DNA of 64,000 nucleotides from Escherichia phage a20. The translations under genes were made by a program, and so were the position numbers. The notes beneath the pieces are model-generated. The model was not told where the DNA came from. It worked only from the letters and a program-made list of their open reading frames with translations, and did no database searches. The stretch lies in the sequence record OQ067374.1; one strand, 5' to 3'. The stretch's first letter is position 1, and the number at the start of each line of letters is the position of its first letter. Positions 1 to 8,336 of the stretch are shown in pieces.

Positions 1-946
1 TCAGTAGCTTTAGCACGCCATGATTTCTCTTCACGAATCATTTCACCTGTTTCTTCGTCAAGGAATTCGCGAGCATACCAACCGGCTTTAGGCTTAACTA
101 CAAAACCAATTTCAGTTGCCATTTCTAACAAGCCACTGAATGGGTCAATACCGCCATCAAAATTAACCGTGATCGGGAAAGTAGATTTCTCTTTAACTGT
201 GCGAGATTTTTCTGCTTTCAACGTGAAGTCATAACCGGTCAATTCTGTACCTTCTTTAACCTGACGTTTAGAGATAAAAAATACCGTGTTGGCAGAATAA
301 AGAATACCTGTACCACCGCCCATAATCTCTTTAGGATACAATCCGCCAATTTCCATTGCTGTATGGTTAATTGCAACACACGGAATATCTTTAATAGTCA
401 GATACGGGGTCACAATGCGGAACAGAGATTTAAGTGCCTTAGCACGAGACATATCACCTACAACTTTCTCGTTCAATGCATCTTCGGTTTCTTTCTTAGA
501 TGCAGTATTACCAATCGAGTCAATAAAGATAATAACTTTATCACCGCGTTCAATAGCGTCAAGCTGATTAGTCATATCGACTTTAAGTTGTTCGACAGAT
601 TGAATCGGAGTATGAACTACACGGTCTAAATCAACACCCATTGAACGAAAATAAGATTCTGAAGCACCGAATTCTGAGTCATAAAACAAACAGATTGCAT
701 CTTTATATTTCTTCATATACGCTGCAACCATAGTCAGCCCAAACAACGTTTTAAAGTGTTTAGAAGGAGCAGCAAAAATAGTTAAGCCTGATTGCAACCC
801 TGCATTCAGTGCACCACCTAATGCAATATTCAACATCGGAATACGAGTAGGGACTTCATCACGATTATTAAACAGCTTAGACTTAGTCAAGTCTGCAGTC
901 ATTTTAGAAGTAGAAGCTTTAATCAGACGAGATTTTAAATCAGACA
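1..946 (-). CDS. uvsX: UvsX RecA-like recombinase, 5' part only (3' end lies beyond window start)
   Basis: Minus-strand reading from ATG at plus 944-946 gives MSDLKSRLIKASTSK...; codons at the window edge read REFLDEETGEMIREEKSWRAK. Matches T4 UvsX as I recall it. Absent from the ORF track because it is truncated. Confidence 0.85.
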
Positions 947-1045
947 TTGTATTTTTCCATAGGCATCATTATATTTTACTCATGTTTAAAAGATAAGATG
1001 ATTATATACTAAGGGTTATACAGCATTTAAAACTTTAAATGGCTC

Positions 1046-1594
1046 TTAACGAGCCCATTTGATGATTTCTGTAATCAAAACATTACGTTCGCTTGCATTA
1101 AATCCTATAACTTTGTTAGCACCATCATGATTAAGTAATTGATACGTTTGGATTTTGTTATGAATTGCAAACTCTTCAAAATGTGAAATGACTGTATTAA
1201 AACCGAATGAAGACAAAGTAATAAGGTCGTCTTCAAAACTTTCAGTCATTTCGTTACGTGTTAAAATAATTGTGAACACATCATGGTTTTGGCAAAGACG
1301 AACATAATCCTGTTCATAAACGTCAAGAACCGAGTCCGCATCTTGTCGAATACGTCCATAAACCCAGTTACTAATATATCCACGGTCTAACAGATAAATC
1401 TTAGTAGGGTCTAAATAATTCAACATCGTTTCGAAACAGCCAACTTCATTTCGAGACTTAACATCGAAACGTCCATCAACTGTTCGTTTAGGGAAATCAA
1501 TCTTTACATATCTTTCACTAATTTCCATTATGTCATTAATGAAAGTTGTTTTACCAGCATTATCCGGGCCATCTACTAAAATAATTTTAGCCAT
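1046..1594 (-). CDS. P-loop kinase (NMP-kinase-like fold)
   Basis: 182 aa; Walker A GPDNAGKTT near N-terminus and LLDRGY resembling the thymidylate-kinase DRY motif. Lies where T4 has beta-gt. Confidence 0.5.
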   Translation of the reverse strand: MAKIILVDGPDNAGKTTFINDIMEISERYVKIDFPKRTVDGRFDVKSRNEVGCFETMLNYLDPTKIYLLDRGYISNWVYGRIRQDADSVLDVYEQDYVRLCQNHDVFTIILTRNEMTESFEDDLITLSSFGFNTVISHFEEFAIHNKIQTYQLLNHDGANKVIGFNASERNVLITEIIKWAR

Positions 1595-1595
1595 T

Positions 1596-2495
1596 TTATT
1601 CCTCGATTACGACATCTTCATATTTAGGTATATTATACGGTGAAGAAATTAAAGCATTAAAGTAGATGAACTCACCAAGACCTGGATGAAATACTTCTTC
1701 AGGATTTTCGAAATATTGAATCTTCGGACGTCCTTTAAGAATTTGATAGTATTCAGTTTTAGTTGGTTTAAAAATTCGAATCAACGCTTCTTCAGGATAC
1801 TTATTTCTGTCGAAGCTATTATTTGGATCGGTTATATAAAGCGGTTGGCCTAATTGAATTGCACATTCAACCACTTGTTCAAAACGATAGCATGGGTCAC
1901 TAATTCGAAATGGATGAAAAATACCATCTAGATGAATAGGAGCCAAATCACCTACAAGACGCTGCATGATGGAAGGACGTATAACTTTCTGCGTTACGAT
2001 AATCTTATTACCATCTGCACCTGCGTTAACCAGCACTTCTTTTTGACGTTCATTCAACACAGTAGTTTGAAGTGAACGATTAACCGACAACATATCGGTT
2101 TTTAAGAATTCGTCAATATAAAAACGTGGTTTATTAGGGTCTGCAGTGATATTGAAATTGAATTCTACATCAAAAGCGCCGTCATATCCGGTGATATCTG
2201 TGATTAGAAAATCACAATCATAATAAGCAATTAATGAATCAACCACAAATTCATTTTCAGTCCAGAAATATTTACGAGTGTTATACGCGTTATCTTTATA
2301 CCATAATGGAACAAACTTAAATTCTGGGAAAAGACGTTCACATTCTTTAATATCAGATGCATTACGTGGATATGTAATCACATCACCTGGATTAGCACGG
2401 TGCAAATGAAGTTGGAAGTTGCCATCCTTAAGGATAGCATACTGCCCAGTTTCATAAGACCGCATACTCAAAATAGGTACGCGGAAAATAGCCAT
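1596..2495 (-). CDS. hypothetical protein at the beta-glucosyltransferase locus
   Basis: 299 aa, tightly packed between the P-loop kinase and the hydroxymethylase; no resemblance to T4 beta-gt or alpha-gt as I recall them; contains a DCD (DxD-like) tripeptide. Confidence 0.55.
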   Translation of the reverse strand: MAIFRVPILSMRSYETGQYAILKDGNFQLHLHRANPGDVITYPRNASDIKECERLFPEFKFVPLWYKDNAYNTRKYFWTENEFVVDSLIAYYDCDFLITDITGYDGAFDVEFNFNITADPNKPRFYIDEFLKTDMLSVNRSLQTTVLNERQKEVLVNAGADGNKIIVTQKVIRPSIMQRLVGDLAPIHLDGIFHPFRISDPCYRFEQVVECAIQLGQPLYITDPNNSFDRNKYPEEALIRIFKPTKTEYYQILKGRPKIQYFENPEEVFHPGLGEFIYFNALISSPYNIPKYEDVVIEE

Positions 2496-3211
2496 TAGTC
2501 AAGGAATCCTTTAACATAATCAAAATCACGTTCAAACACATGGGCACTTACCATGGTATGAGTATAATCACCAACTTCTACACCACATTCGTTAGCGATA
2601 TAATGAAGTAATTTTCCTTGGAGATAAAAATCCAACTGCATAACAACAGCACAGTTCTGAGAACGCATATGACAGTGGGTATAAAGCTTACCATCACGAA
2701 TATAATAAGTCACTGAGTCAGTACATGGATATTCAAGAGTTTCGTCCGAATCAAGCAAAGCCTGATCAGAACTTTCTAGAATTTGGAACACAACTCTTCG
2801 AGAGTTAGGCTTCTCTTTAAGTTCTTTTAGAAGAGCTGGTAATTGGGCCGCAATGCGAGGACCATAGAAAGTGTTGAAGTTCGCCGGCAAAACATCTGAT
2901 TTTGGTTTAGAAATAAATTTAGCGACATTAGGATATGCCTTAAACGCTTCTTCTGCGTTGGTACCACCAGAAATCATAAACTTCCAGAAGTCTTCGGCAT
3001 ATTCATAAGAGATGCGGTTAATACGTGGGTCAGTCATTTTGAATGATGATGGAGTGTCAACAACTACTGTCATAGACCCAATTTCATTACAACGTCCAAT
3101 ACGAGAATCAGTTACGAATTCCGGGTTTTCTAAAATTTCACGATTGACTGCTTTAAATGCGGTTTGAAAATCTGCGGCTTTGATATATTTCATTGTGTTA
3201 TGTTTTCCCAT
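2495..3211 (-). CDS. 42: deoxypyrimidylate hydroxymethylase (thymidylate synthase superfamily, gp42-like, divergent)
   Basis: 238 aa; SRRVVFQ ... YPCTDSVTYYIRDGKLYTHCHMRSQN resembles the catalytic-Cys region of T4 dCMP hydroxymethylase; syntenic with gene 42; GAGGT precedes the ATG. Confidence 0.65.
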   Translation of the reverse strand: MGKHNTMKYIKAADFQTAFKAVNREILENPEFVTDSRIGRCNEIGSMTVVVDTPSSFKMTDPRINRISYEYAEDFWKFMISGGTNAEEAFKAYPNVAKFISKPKSDVLPANFNTFYGPRIAAQLPALLKELKEKPNSRRVVFQILESSDQALLDSDETLEYPCTDSVTYYIRDGKLYTHCHMRSQNCAVVMQLDFYLQGKLLHYIANECGVEVGDYTHTMVSAHVFERDFDYVKGFLD

Positions 3212-3253
3212 GTTTACCTCAATACAATTTATTATATACTCAATTCATAAAGC

Positions 3254-3493
3254 TTATTTGAATTTCTTAGCGATGTTGATATAACGTAAAGCTTCAGCAT
3301 CGATACTTCCAAGAACACTATGAAGAAATGCATCAGCGTAGTATTCCAATTGAACAGGTTCTTTAATCACTTTAGCCGCTTTGGTTCCAAACAGGCCCAT
3401 AAGGGCCTTTTTAAGAATTTGTTCATTAGTGTTCAGTTTCATAGTCAAAATCTCTTCATTAAGTTGGTGGTTAAAAGTTTTTCTAGAAATCAT
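3254..3493 (-). CDS. hypothetical small protein
   Basis: 79 aa ORF in operon context; no motif recognised. Confidence 0.4.
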   Translation of the reverse strand: MISRKTFNHQLNEEILTMKLNTNEQILKKALMGLFGTKAAKVIKEPVQLEYYADAFLHSVLGSIDAEALRYINIAKKFK

Positions 3494-4650
3494 TCTGGGT
3501 ACCTCAAAGCGTCATCAGAGTTAGTTATATCAATAATAGATATAGAATTTTCTGATAACCCATTTTTAGATAACTGACGTTTATAATATCTTTCACAATA
3601 TGTACACGTCGTCCCGCAGATTTCATTAGCACAATCGAAATCTGGATGTCTGAACCACCTTTTTTCTAAAAAGCCATCTAACAAAGAGGTTTCAATATTT
3701 ACTGTATGTGAAAACTCAGTTTCGTTTTCAAGAGTGAAAATAGTCTCTAAAGGCTTCCACAGTTCTAACAAATTACCTTCAAACTTTTCAGAAGCGTATG
3801 CTTCAAGAACTTTCAAAATGTAGTCTGTGCTACCTGTACGTCCTGAAACTTTGAATTGAGTGATACCAATATCATTATAAAGTTTCAAATCTTGAGGACG
3901 AACAAAACGAGTTCTCAACCAGTTAAATGGGTCTGTATCACGAGCTTTAATGCAGTGTTGCATTGGATATCCGTTTAAGGATTTAGCATCATCAGCTGTA
4001 ACATCAGTACTATGGAAAATATAGCAAGAGTCACGATAGCTACAATGTGTTGTATACCCTTTACCAGCATTAGAACAGAACTCATTTACAAGAACTTCAA
4101 ATATTATATTGTTCTTATTGCAAAACTCTGCTGCACGCTTCAGGAAAGAAACTGAACGGTTCTTATGAATTCCACAGCAGACCTTTTTGATATTATATTG
4201 GTCATGCAAGTATTTGATTTGAGTTACAGCATCGACATGTAGAATTGTTGAAACTTCAATCTCAATGTCTTTATTGACTTCACGAACAATTTCCATAACA
4301 ACAGGGTTAGCGATAGTAATACGCCATACGCCTATTGACCAAAGATACTGAACATAATCCTGAATAGCTTTCTTCTTCCACTCAACTAGTTCTCTTTTTG
4401 AACCAGGATTTATCGTGTTGAGTGTATAGTTAAAGCAAATACCTAATTCGTTACAACGTTTAACGTAATCTTCTAACATCTTTTTGTCAACGTCAGGAAG
4501 CCTAAAATCAGGTCTGGCTGCTACAAAAGCCATTTCTCTTGTAGAGCCGTATACTTCGTTTATCAAGCTATTAGGATAAGTTTTATTGAGCTCTACGATT
4601 TTATCAAGAAGAGCTAAATCAAAATTCGTTCCAATTTTAAAAGTATTCAT
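3490..4650 (-). CDS. hypothetical protein with C-terminal CX4CX3CX2C cysteine cluster
   Basis: 386 aa; C-terminal CANEICGTTCTYC plus further scattered Cys; no family confidently assigned. Confidence 0.6.
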   Translation of the reverse strand: MNTFKIGTNFDLALLDKIVELNKTYPNSLINEVYGSTREMAFVAARPDFRLPDVDKKMLEDYVKRCNELGICFNYTLNTINPGSKRELVEWKKKAIQDYVQYLWSIGVWRITIANPVVMEIVREVNKDIEIEVSTILHVDAVTQIKYLHDQYNIKKVCCGIHKNRSVSFLKRAAEFCNKNNIIFEVLVNEFCSNAGKGYTTHCSYRDSCYIFHSTDVTADDAKSLNGYPMQHCIKARDTDPFNWLRTRFVRPQDLKLYNDIGITQFKVSGRTGSTDYILKVLEAYASEKFEGNLLELWKPLETIFTLENETEFSHTVNIETSLLDGFLEKRWFRHPDFDCANEICGTTCTYCERYYKRQLSKNGLSENSISIIDITNSDDALRYPE

Positions 4651-4707
4651 TTTTTTTGCATCTCACGTTAATTGATGCGATGGTTTTTGCAGGTCTTACT
4701 TAAATTA

Positions 4708-5097
4708 TTATAGATTCGGTTTATATGATTTAAATGTTTCGAATTCGCCTTTATTCATAAGAGCTTTGAATTCGTCAGGACGCATAGCTTTGTCGTCGAT
4801 AATCCAATCATATACTGGTTTATGTGTTAGCAAATTATGGTACTTCAAACCAATGTTTTCCAAGTTCTGAATCAGACTTGGGAGAATGTCAATTGCTATA
4901 CGTCCAGGACCTACTGACTTCATACCGCGAGCAGTGTAAAGCGTTATGGTATGCCCTGCATCATACAGAGCATTAATAGCAGTCACCATTTCGACGTCTG
5001 GTTTGAAGTTCACGTAATCACGATTGTTATTCCACTCTGTTATACAATCATCGACGTCCACGCAAAGATGTAATGGTTTCATAGCAATATCCTTCAA
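4708..5097 (-). CDS. HAD-superfamily phosphatase-like protein
   Basis: 129 aa; LCVDVDDCIT resembles HAD motif I (DxDx); start may be the second Met at 5082. Its 5' end overlaps the 3' end of the homing endonuclease gene. Confidence 0.5.
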   Translation of the reverse strand: MKDIAMKPLHLCVDVDDCITEWNNNRDYVNFKPDVEMVTAINALYDAGHTITLYTARGMKSVGPGRIAIDILPSLIQNLENIGLKYHNLLTHKPVYDWIIDDKAMRPDEFKALMNKGEFETFKSYKPNL

Positions 5098-5809
5098 TAG
5101 AATTTTTAATATTATCAGCTATACGCTTTCTAGGAATACCCGTTTTCTTTTCAGCTATCCTAAGAGATTCATAGTAATTTTCGTTTATTTTAACAAATTT
5201 TTGAGACTTGTGAGCATTTTTGCTTTCGTCCTGATATCGATAATTAAGATATTTAGGCGATTTTACTCTCTTTTGAATCGTGGCAGAAGATATACCCAAA
5301 TCTTTAGCCGCTTCCCGACAGGATTCATAATATTTGCCATCTACATTAATCTTTAGACCATGTAATGCAGGTTTACCATACCTCCTGTGCTTTTCTTTAC
5401 CCCTAGCTATAGATTCAGCTGACAAAGTTTTACCCCATCTTGGGTTTTTATCACCAACTAAACGTCCTTTATTTGCCTTAGAAATTTTATCCTTGGACCT
5501 TTGGGATAACCCGTCAGAACCGCCTTCGCCACCAGTTTTAAGATTGTAATAATTTGGGTCTTTAACTATGTCTAATGTTATTAGAGCCTTTTCAGCTATT
5601 TTTAATTCTTCTCTCGAGCTATGGTAGGAAATGATTTCTTTAAGAAAATTTTCCTTCCCGTATTTCCTTTCAGCCTTTTTATATAATTTACCAGAACCTT
5701 TATATAAATCTAAAGGCTCGGCTTCTTCAGCCGAGTGCATTCCTAAATAAACTTTACCGTTTATAAGATTAGTAGTTTTGTAGAGATAATGTATCAAATT
5801 CGTTCCCAT
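5048..5809 (-). CDS. GIY-YIG homing endonuclease (seg-like)
   Basis: 253 aa; N-terminal IHYLYKTTNLINGKVYLGMHS is a GIY-YIG module; basic C-terminal DNA-binding region. Confidence 0.8.
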   Translation of the reverse strand: MGTNLIHYLYKTTNLINGKVYLGMHSAEEAEPLDLYKGSGKLYKKAERKYGKENFLKEIISYHSSREELKIAEKALITLDIVKDPNYYNLKTGGEGGSDGLSQRSKDKISKANKGRLVGDKNPRWGKTLSAESIARGKEKHRRYGKPALHGLKINVDGKYYESCREAAKDLGISSATIQKRVKSPKYLNYRYQDESKNAHKSQKFVKINENYYESLRIAEKKTGIPRKRIADNIKNSIEGYCYETITSLRGRR

Positions 5810-7479
5810 TGATGAGTGATATCGCCACCGATTGGACGATAGGAAACACCAGTTTCTTTATCAGTTAGTACCCATTTACCAGGATTTTTTGTAATCAGAG
5901 TAGCCGTTACAGGTTCTGCTACGTCATAACTAATAGAGCCGTCTTGAAGTACACGGCCCATATTACGTAATTGCTTAGTCAGAAGTTCCATACCTTTATA
6001 ATATGCGGCTACCGCTTTAAGTGGATTATTCTTGAAATAACCACCTAATGCAATCCAGATAATTGCCACTGCCAAATGATGATACTCGTTAAACGAACTC
6101 ATCTTTCCATATTTGTAAACTAATGGATTGATGTTAATAGTCACATTACAAGTTGTTTCATCAATAGTAAACTGTCCCCAGGTCGGATTAGCATTGAATT
6201 CATCATAACCTGAAACAGCATAAAGCACTTTAGCTTCATCATACAATTTTGGCCCGTAAATCTTGGTTTCGCCAAAATATCCACGAGGGTCGATAAACTT
6301 AACTTCGCCGTTATCAGTAATCATAGTATTACTGAAGTTCGGGTCACCATGAATAACAGAGTACTGTCCCTGAGAACGGTTATGATAACGAATAAGATGT
6401 TCTAAAGCTTGTTTCAGCATTGGCTTCAGACGTCCAATCTTAGTGTAGTTCACATGTGTGATTTTACCAAATGAATCAATCAATGGTTGAATGCTTTCAC
6501 AACGATCAATAACTTTCGTATAGAATTCTTTAGTGAAATCACGACGAACAGTTTCAGGACTTACAAAATAAGTGTCTGTGCTGAATTTCAGTGCATCTAA
6601 AATTGTATCAACAATTTGTGGACGAGCAAGACTTGATTTGGATTTAATATATTCAAATGCCGGCTTACCTTTAATGCGTTCCATTTCAAAGTTATTTTCA
6701 TTAACAGAAACTAACTGAGGGACTGAATCTGATTTCACTTTCAAATACCACGAAATCTCATCTTTCTGAAGAGCTCGGCCCTGTTCGGTTAATGCGAATT
6801 TAGTTACAGTTTCTTCACCGATTTCAACTGCATTAAAACTACGATTAAGTTCACGAACTTCATGAGCTTTTTCAAGTTTAGGCATATCACCTAAATCAAT
6901 TAGATTCATAAGCTCTGATTTATTGAATGCGCCGCTGTAAAGGAATTCTACGAAATCACGTCCTTTGCAGTATTCATGAATTTCTTCATCAGTAGAACCC
7001 ATATAGAATTCCCAGTCTTTGAACTGATAAATTCCTACAACATTACCACCTGTTGAACCTACGTTAGTGATATTTTCACCGTCGAAATTATATCGACATT
7101 CGTCGCCCTTAACATAGATTGCGTTAACATTCCAAGACCATGAACCAAAATCGGGAATAATATCACACCAGTTAACAATTACATTATGGCCGTCTAAATC
7201 TTTGTGTAATTTAGCAAGAGCATAAGCAGATCCATACGCTTCATCAACTGTACGAATAGTCACATTGAACCCTTCTTGCTCACAATAAGCTCGAACAGTT
7301 TCAGCAAATTTTGAATGAACTACTACAATAATTTCATCTGCGCCTAGGTCAGAATAAATTGTATACAAATTGCTCAGAATAGTGTCTTGTTTATAGTTAA
7401 CAAGCACCTTAGGAATATGGTGAGTAATTGGATATAAACGAGTTGCCAGTCCAGCACCAAGAATAACAGCTTTTTTCAT
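5794..7479 (-). CDS. bifunctional sugar-1-phosphate nucleotidyltransferase / APH-like sugar kinase
   Basis: 561 aa; N-terminus MKKAVILGAGLATRLYPITHHIPKVLV is the classic G-x-G-T-R-x-x-P nucleotidyltransferase signature; C-terminal VIHGDPNFSNTMI ... FIDPRG is the HGD-x4-N catalytic loop of APH/choline-kinase-type kinases. Confidence 0.75.
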   Translation of the reverse strand: MKKAVILGAGLATRLYPITHHIPKVLVNYKQDTILSNLYTIYSDLGADEIIVVVHSKFAETVRAYCEQEGFNVTIRTVDEAYGSAYALAKLHKDLDGHNVIVNWCDIIPDFGSWSWNVNAIYVKGDECRYNFDGENITNVGSTGGNVVGIYQFKDWEFYMGSTDEEIHEYCKGRDFVEFLYSGAFNKSELMNLIDLGDMPKLEKAHEVRELNRSFNAVEIGEETVTKFALTEQGRALQKDEISWYLKVKSDSVPQLVSVNENNFEMERIKGKPAFEYIKSKSSLARPQIVDTILDALKFSTDTYFVSPETVRRDFTKEFYTKVIDRCESIQPLIDSFGKITHVNYTKIGRLKPMLKQALEHLIRYHNRSQGQYSVIHGDPNFSNTMITDNGEVKFIDPRGYFGETKIYGPKLYDEAKVLYAVSGYDEFNANPTWGQFTIDETTCNVTININPLVYKYGKMSSFNEYHHLAVAIIWIALGGYFKNNPLKAVAAYYKGMELLTKQLRNMGRVLQDGSISYDVAEPVTATLITKNPGKWVLTDKETGVSYRPIGGDITHQWERI

Positions 7480-7663
7480 GTTGTGGTCCTCATTGGTAAG
7501 TAGGAGTATTGTACACTATTCTAGTTAAAGCATTCATACTTTGCTTGTAGTCCAATCATAATCCATCCAATTACAAGTGTTGGAATCATTACCGGAGCCG
7601 TTAAGCTCCAGTAGATAGTCATGACAAGCATCAATAGTAAAAGTCCTATTGCTATTGCTTTCA

Positions 7664-8296
7664 TTATTCGCCTCGTAACATGGCACCTAGTGCACCACCA
7701 GGGTGGAACTTAAGGAAATCATTAGAGGTAAATCCACGTTCAGACGAAAGGTTGATAGCAAACGTATCGATAAGCGCTAACAACAATGTAGTGGACATAG
7801 TCGGAGCCAGAGAATTCTCATCAACCTCTACTGCGATGCCTGTACAGAAAGAGTAATCAAAAAGGGCTTCATTTTCTTGTGGAATGTCTGGGTTACAATG
7901 CAACAGAATCTGTTTGACGTTCGGACGAATCATTTTAAGATGCTTAGCCACGCCTATCATTTCTTCAGTTTTACCAGAACGACTAATATGAATCAACACA
8001 TCATTAGGCGCAATGAATCCTGCATCACCGTGAGAATAATGCCCAGTGTTCAAGTACATACTCGGGATACCTAGTGAAGCAAAAGTCTCGGAAGCTTTAG
8101 TTGCGATATTAGCATTCTTACCAACACCTGTAATAATTACTCGGCTTTCATAATTACTAAGTCCCGGGCGTCGAAGAGTTTCTAGAATAGCATTATAACG
8201 AGCAGGGTTTTGACTAATTACTTTGGCCATAGCGGCCAAAGAAGAAGCTTGTTTTATGATTGCGTCAATAGCGATAGTAATAGGAGTAGTTTTCAT
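7664..8296 (-). CDS. SIS-domain sugar-phosphate isomerase (KdsD/KpsF-type, arabinose-5-phosphate isomerase-like, no CBS domains)
   Basis: 210 aa; VIITGVGKNANIATKASETFASLGIPS...HGDAGFIAPNDVLIHISRSGKTEE and LAPTMSTT...FHPGGALG align closely with the SIS domain of E. coli KdsD as I recall it. Confidence 0.75.
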   Translation of the reverse strand: MKTTPITIAIDAIIKQASSLAAMAKVISQNPARYNAILETLRRPGLSNYESRVIITGVGKNANIATKASETFASLGIPSMYLNTGHYSHGDAGFIAPNDVLIHISRSGKTEEMIGVAKHLKMIRPNVKQILLHCNPDIPQENEALFDYSFCTGIAVEVDENSLAPTMSTTLLLALIDTFAINLSSERGFTSNDFLKFHPGGALGAMLRGE

Positions 8297-8336
8297 ATTT
8301 CTCTCATTTAATTAGTTTACCGTCCATGGCATTATA

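Noticed and set aside
363-629. Plus-strand ORF (88 aa) inside the uvsX region
   Set aside because: Antisense to the well-supported uvsX coding sequence; low-complexity translation; shadow ORF.
2495-3211. Calling this ORF thymidylate synthase (td)
   Set aside because: Position matches gene 42 and the motif context resembles dCMP hydroxymethylase; TS versus hydroxymethylase cannot be settled by eye, so it is called a TS-superfamily hydroxymethylase with moderate confidence.
3490-4650. Calling the 386-aa protein a U32-family peptidase/hydroxylase
   Set aside because: I could not find the U32 signature (E-x-F-x2-G-[SA]-[LIVM]-C-x4-G-x-C) by eye; only a Cys cluster is evident, so the call is left open.
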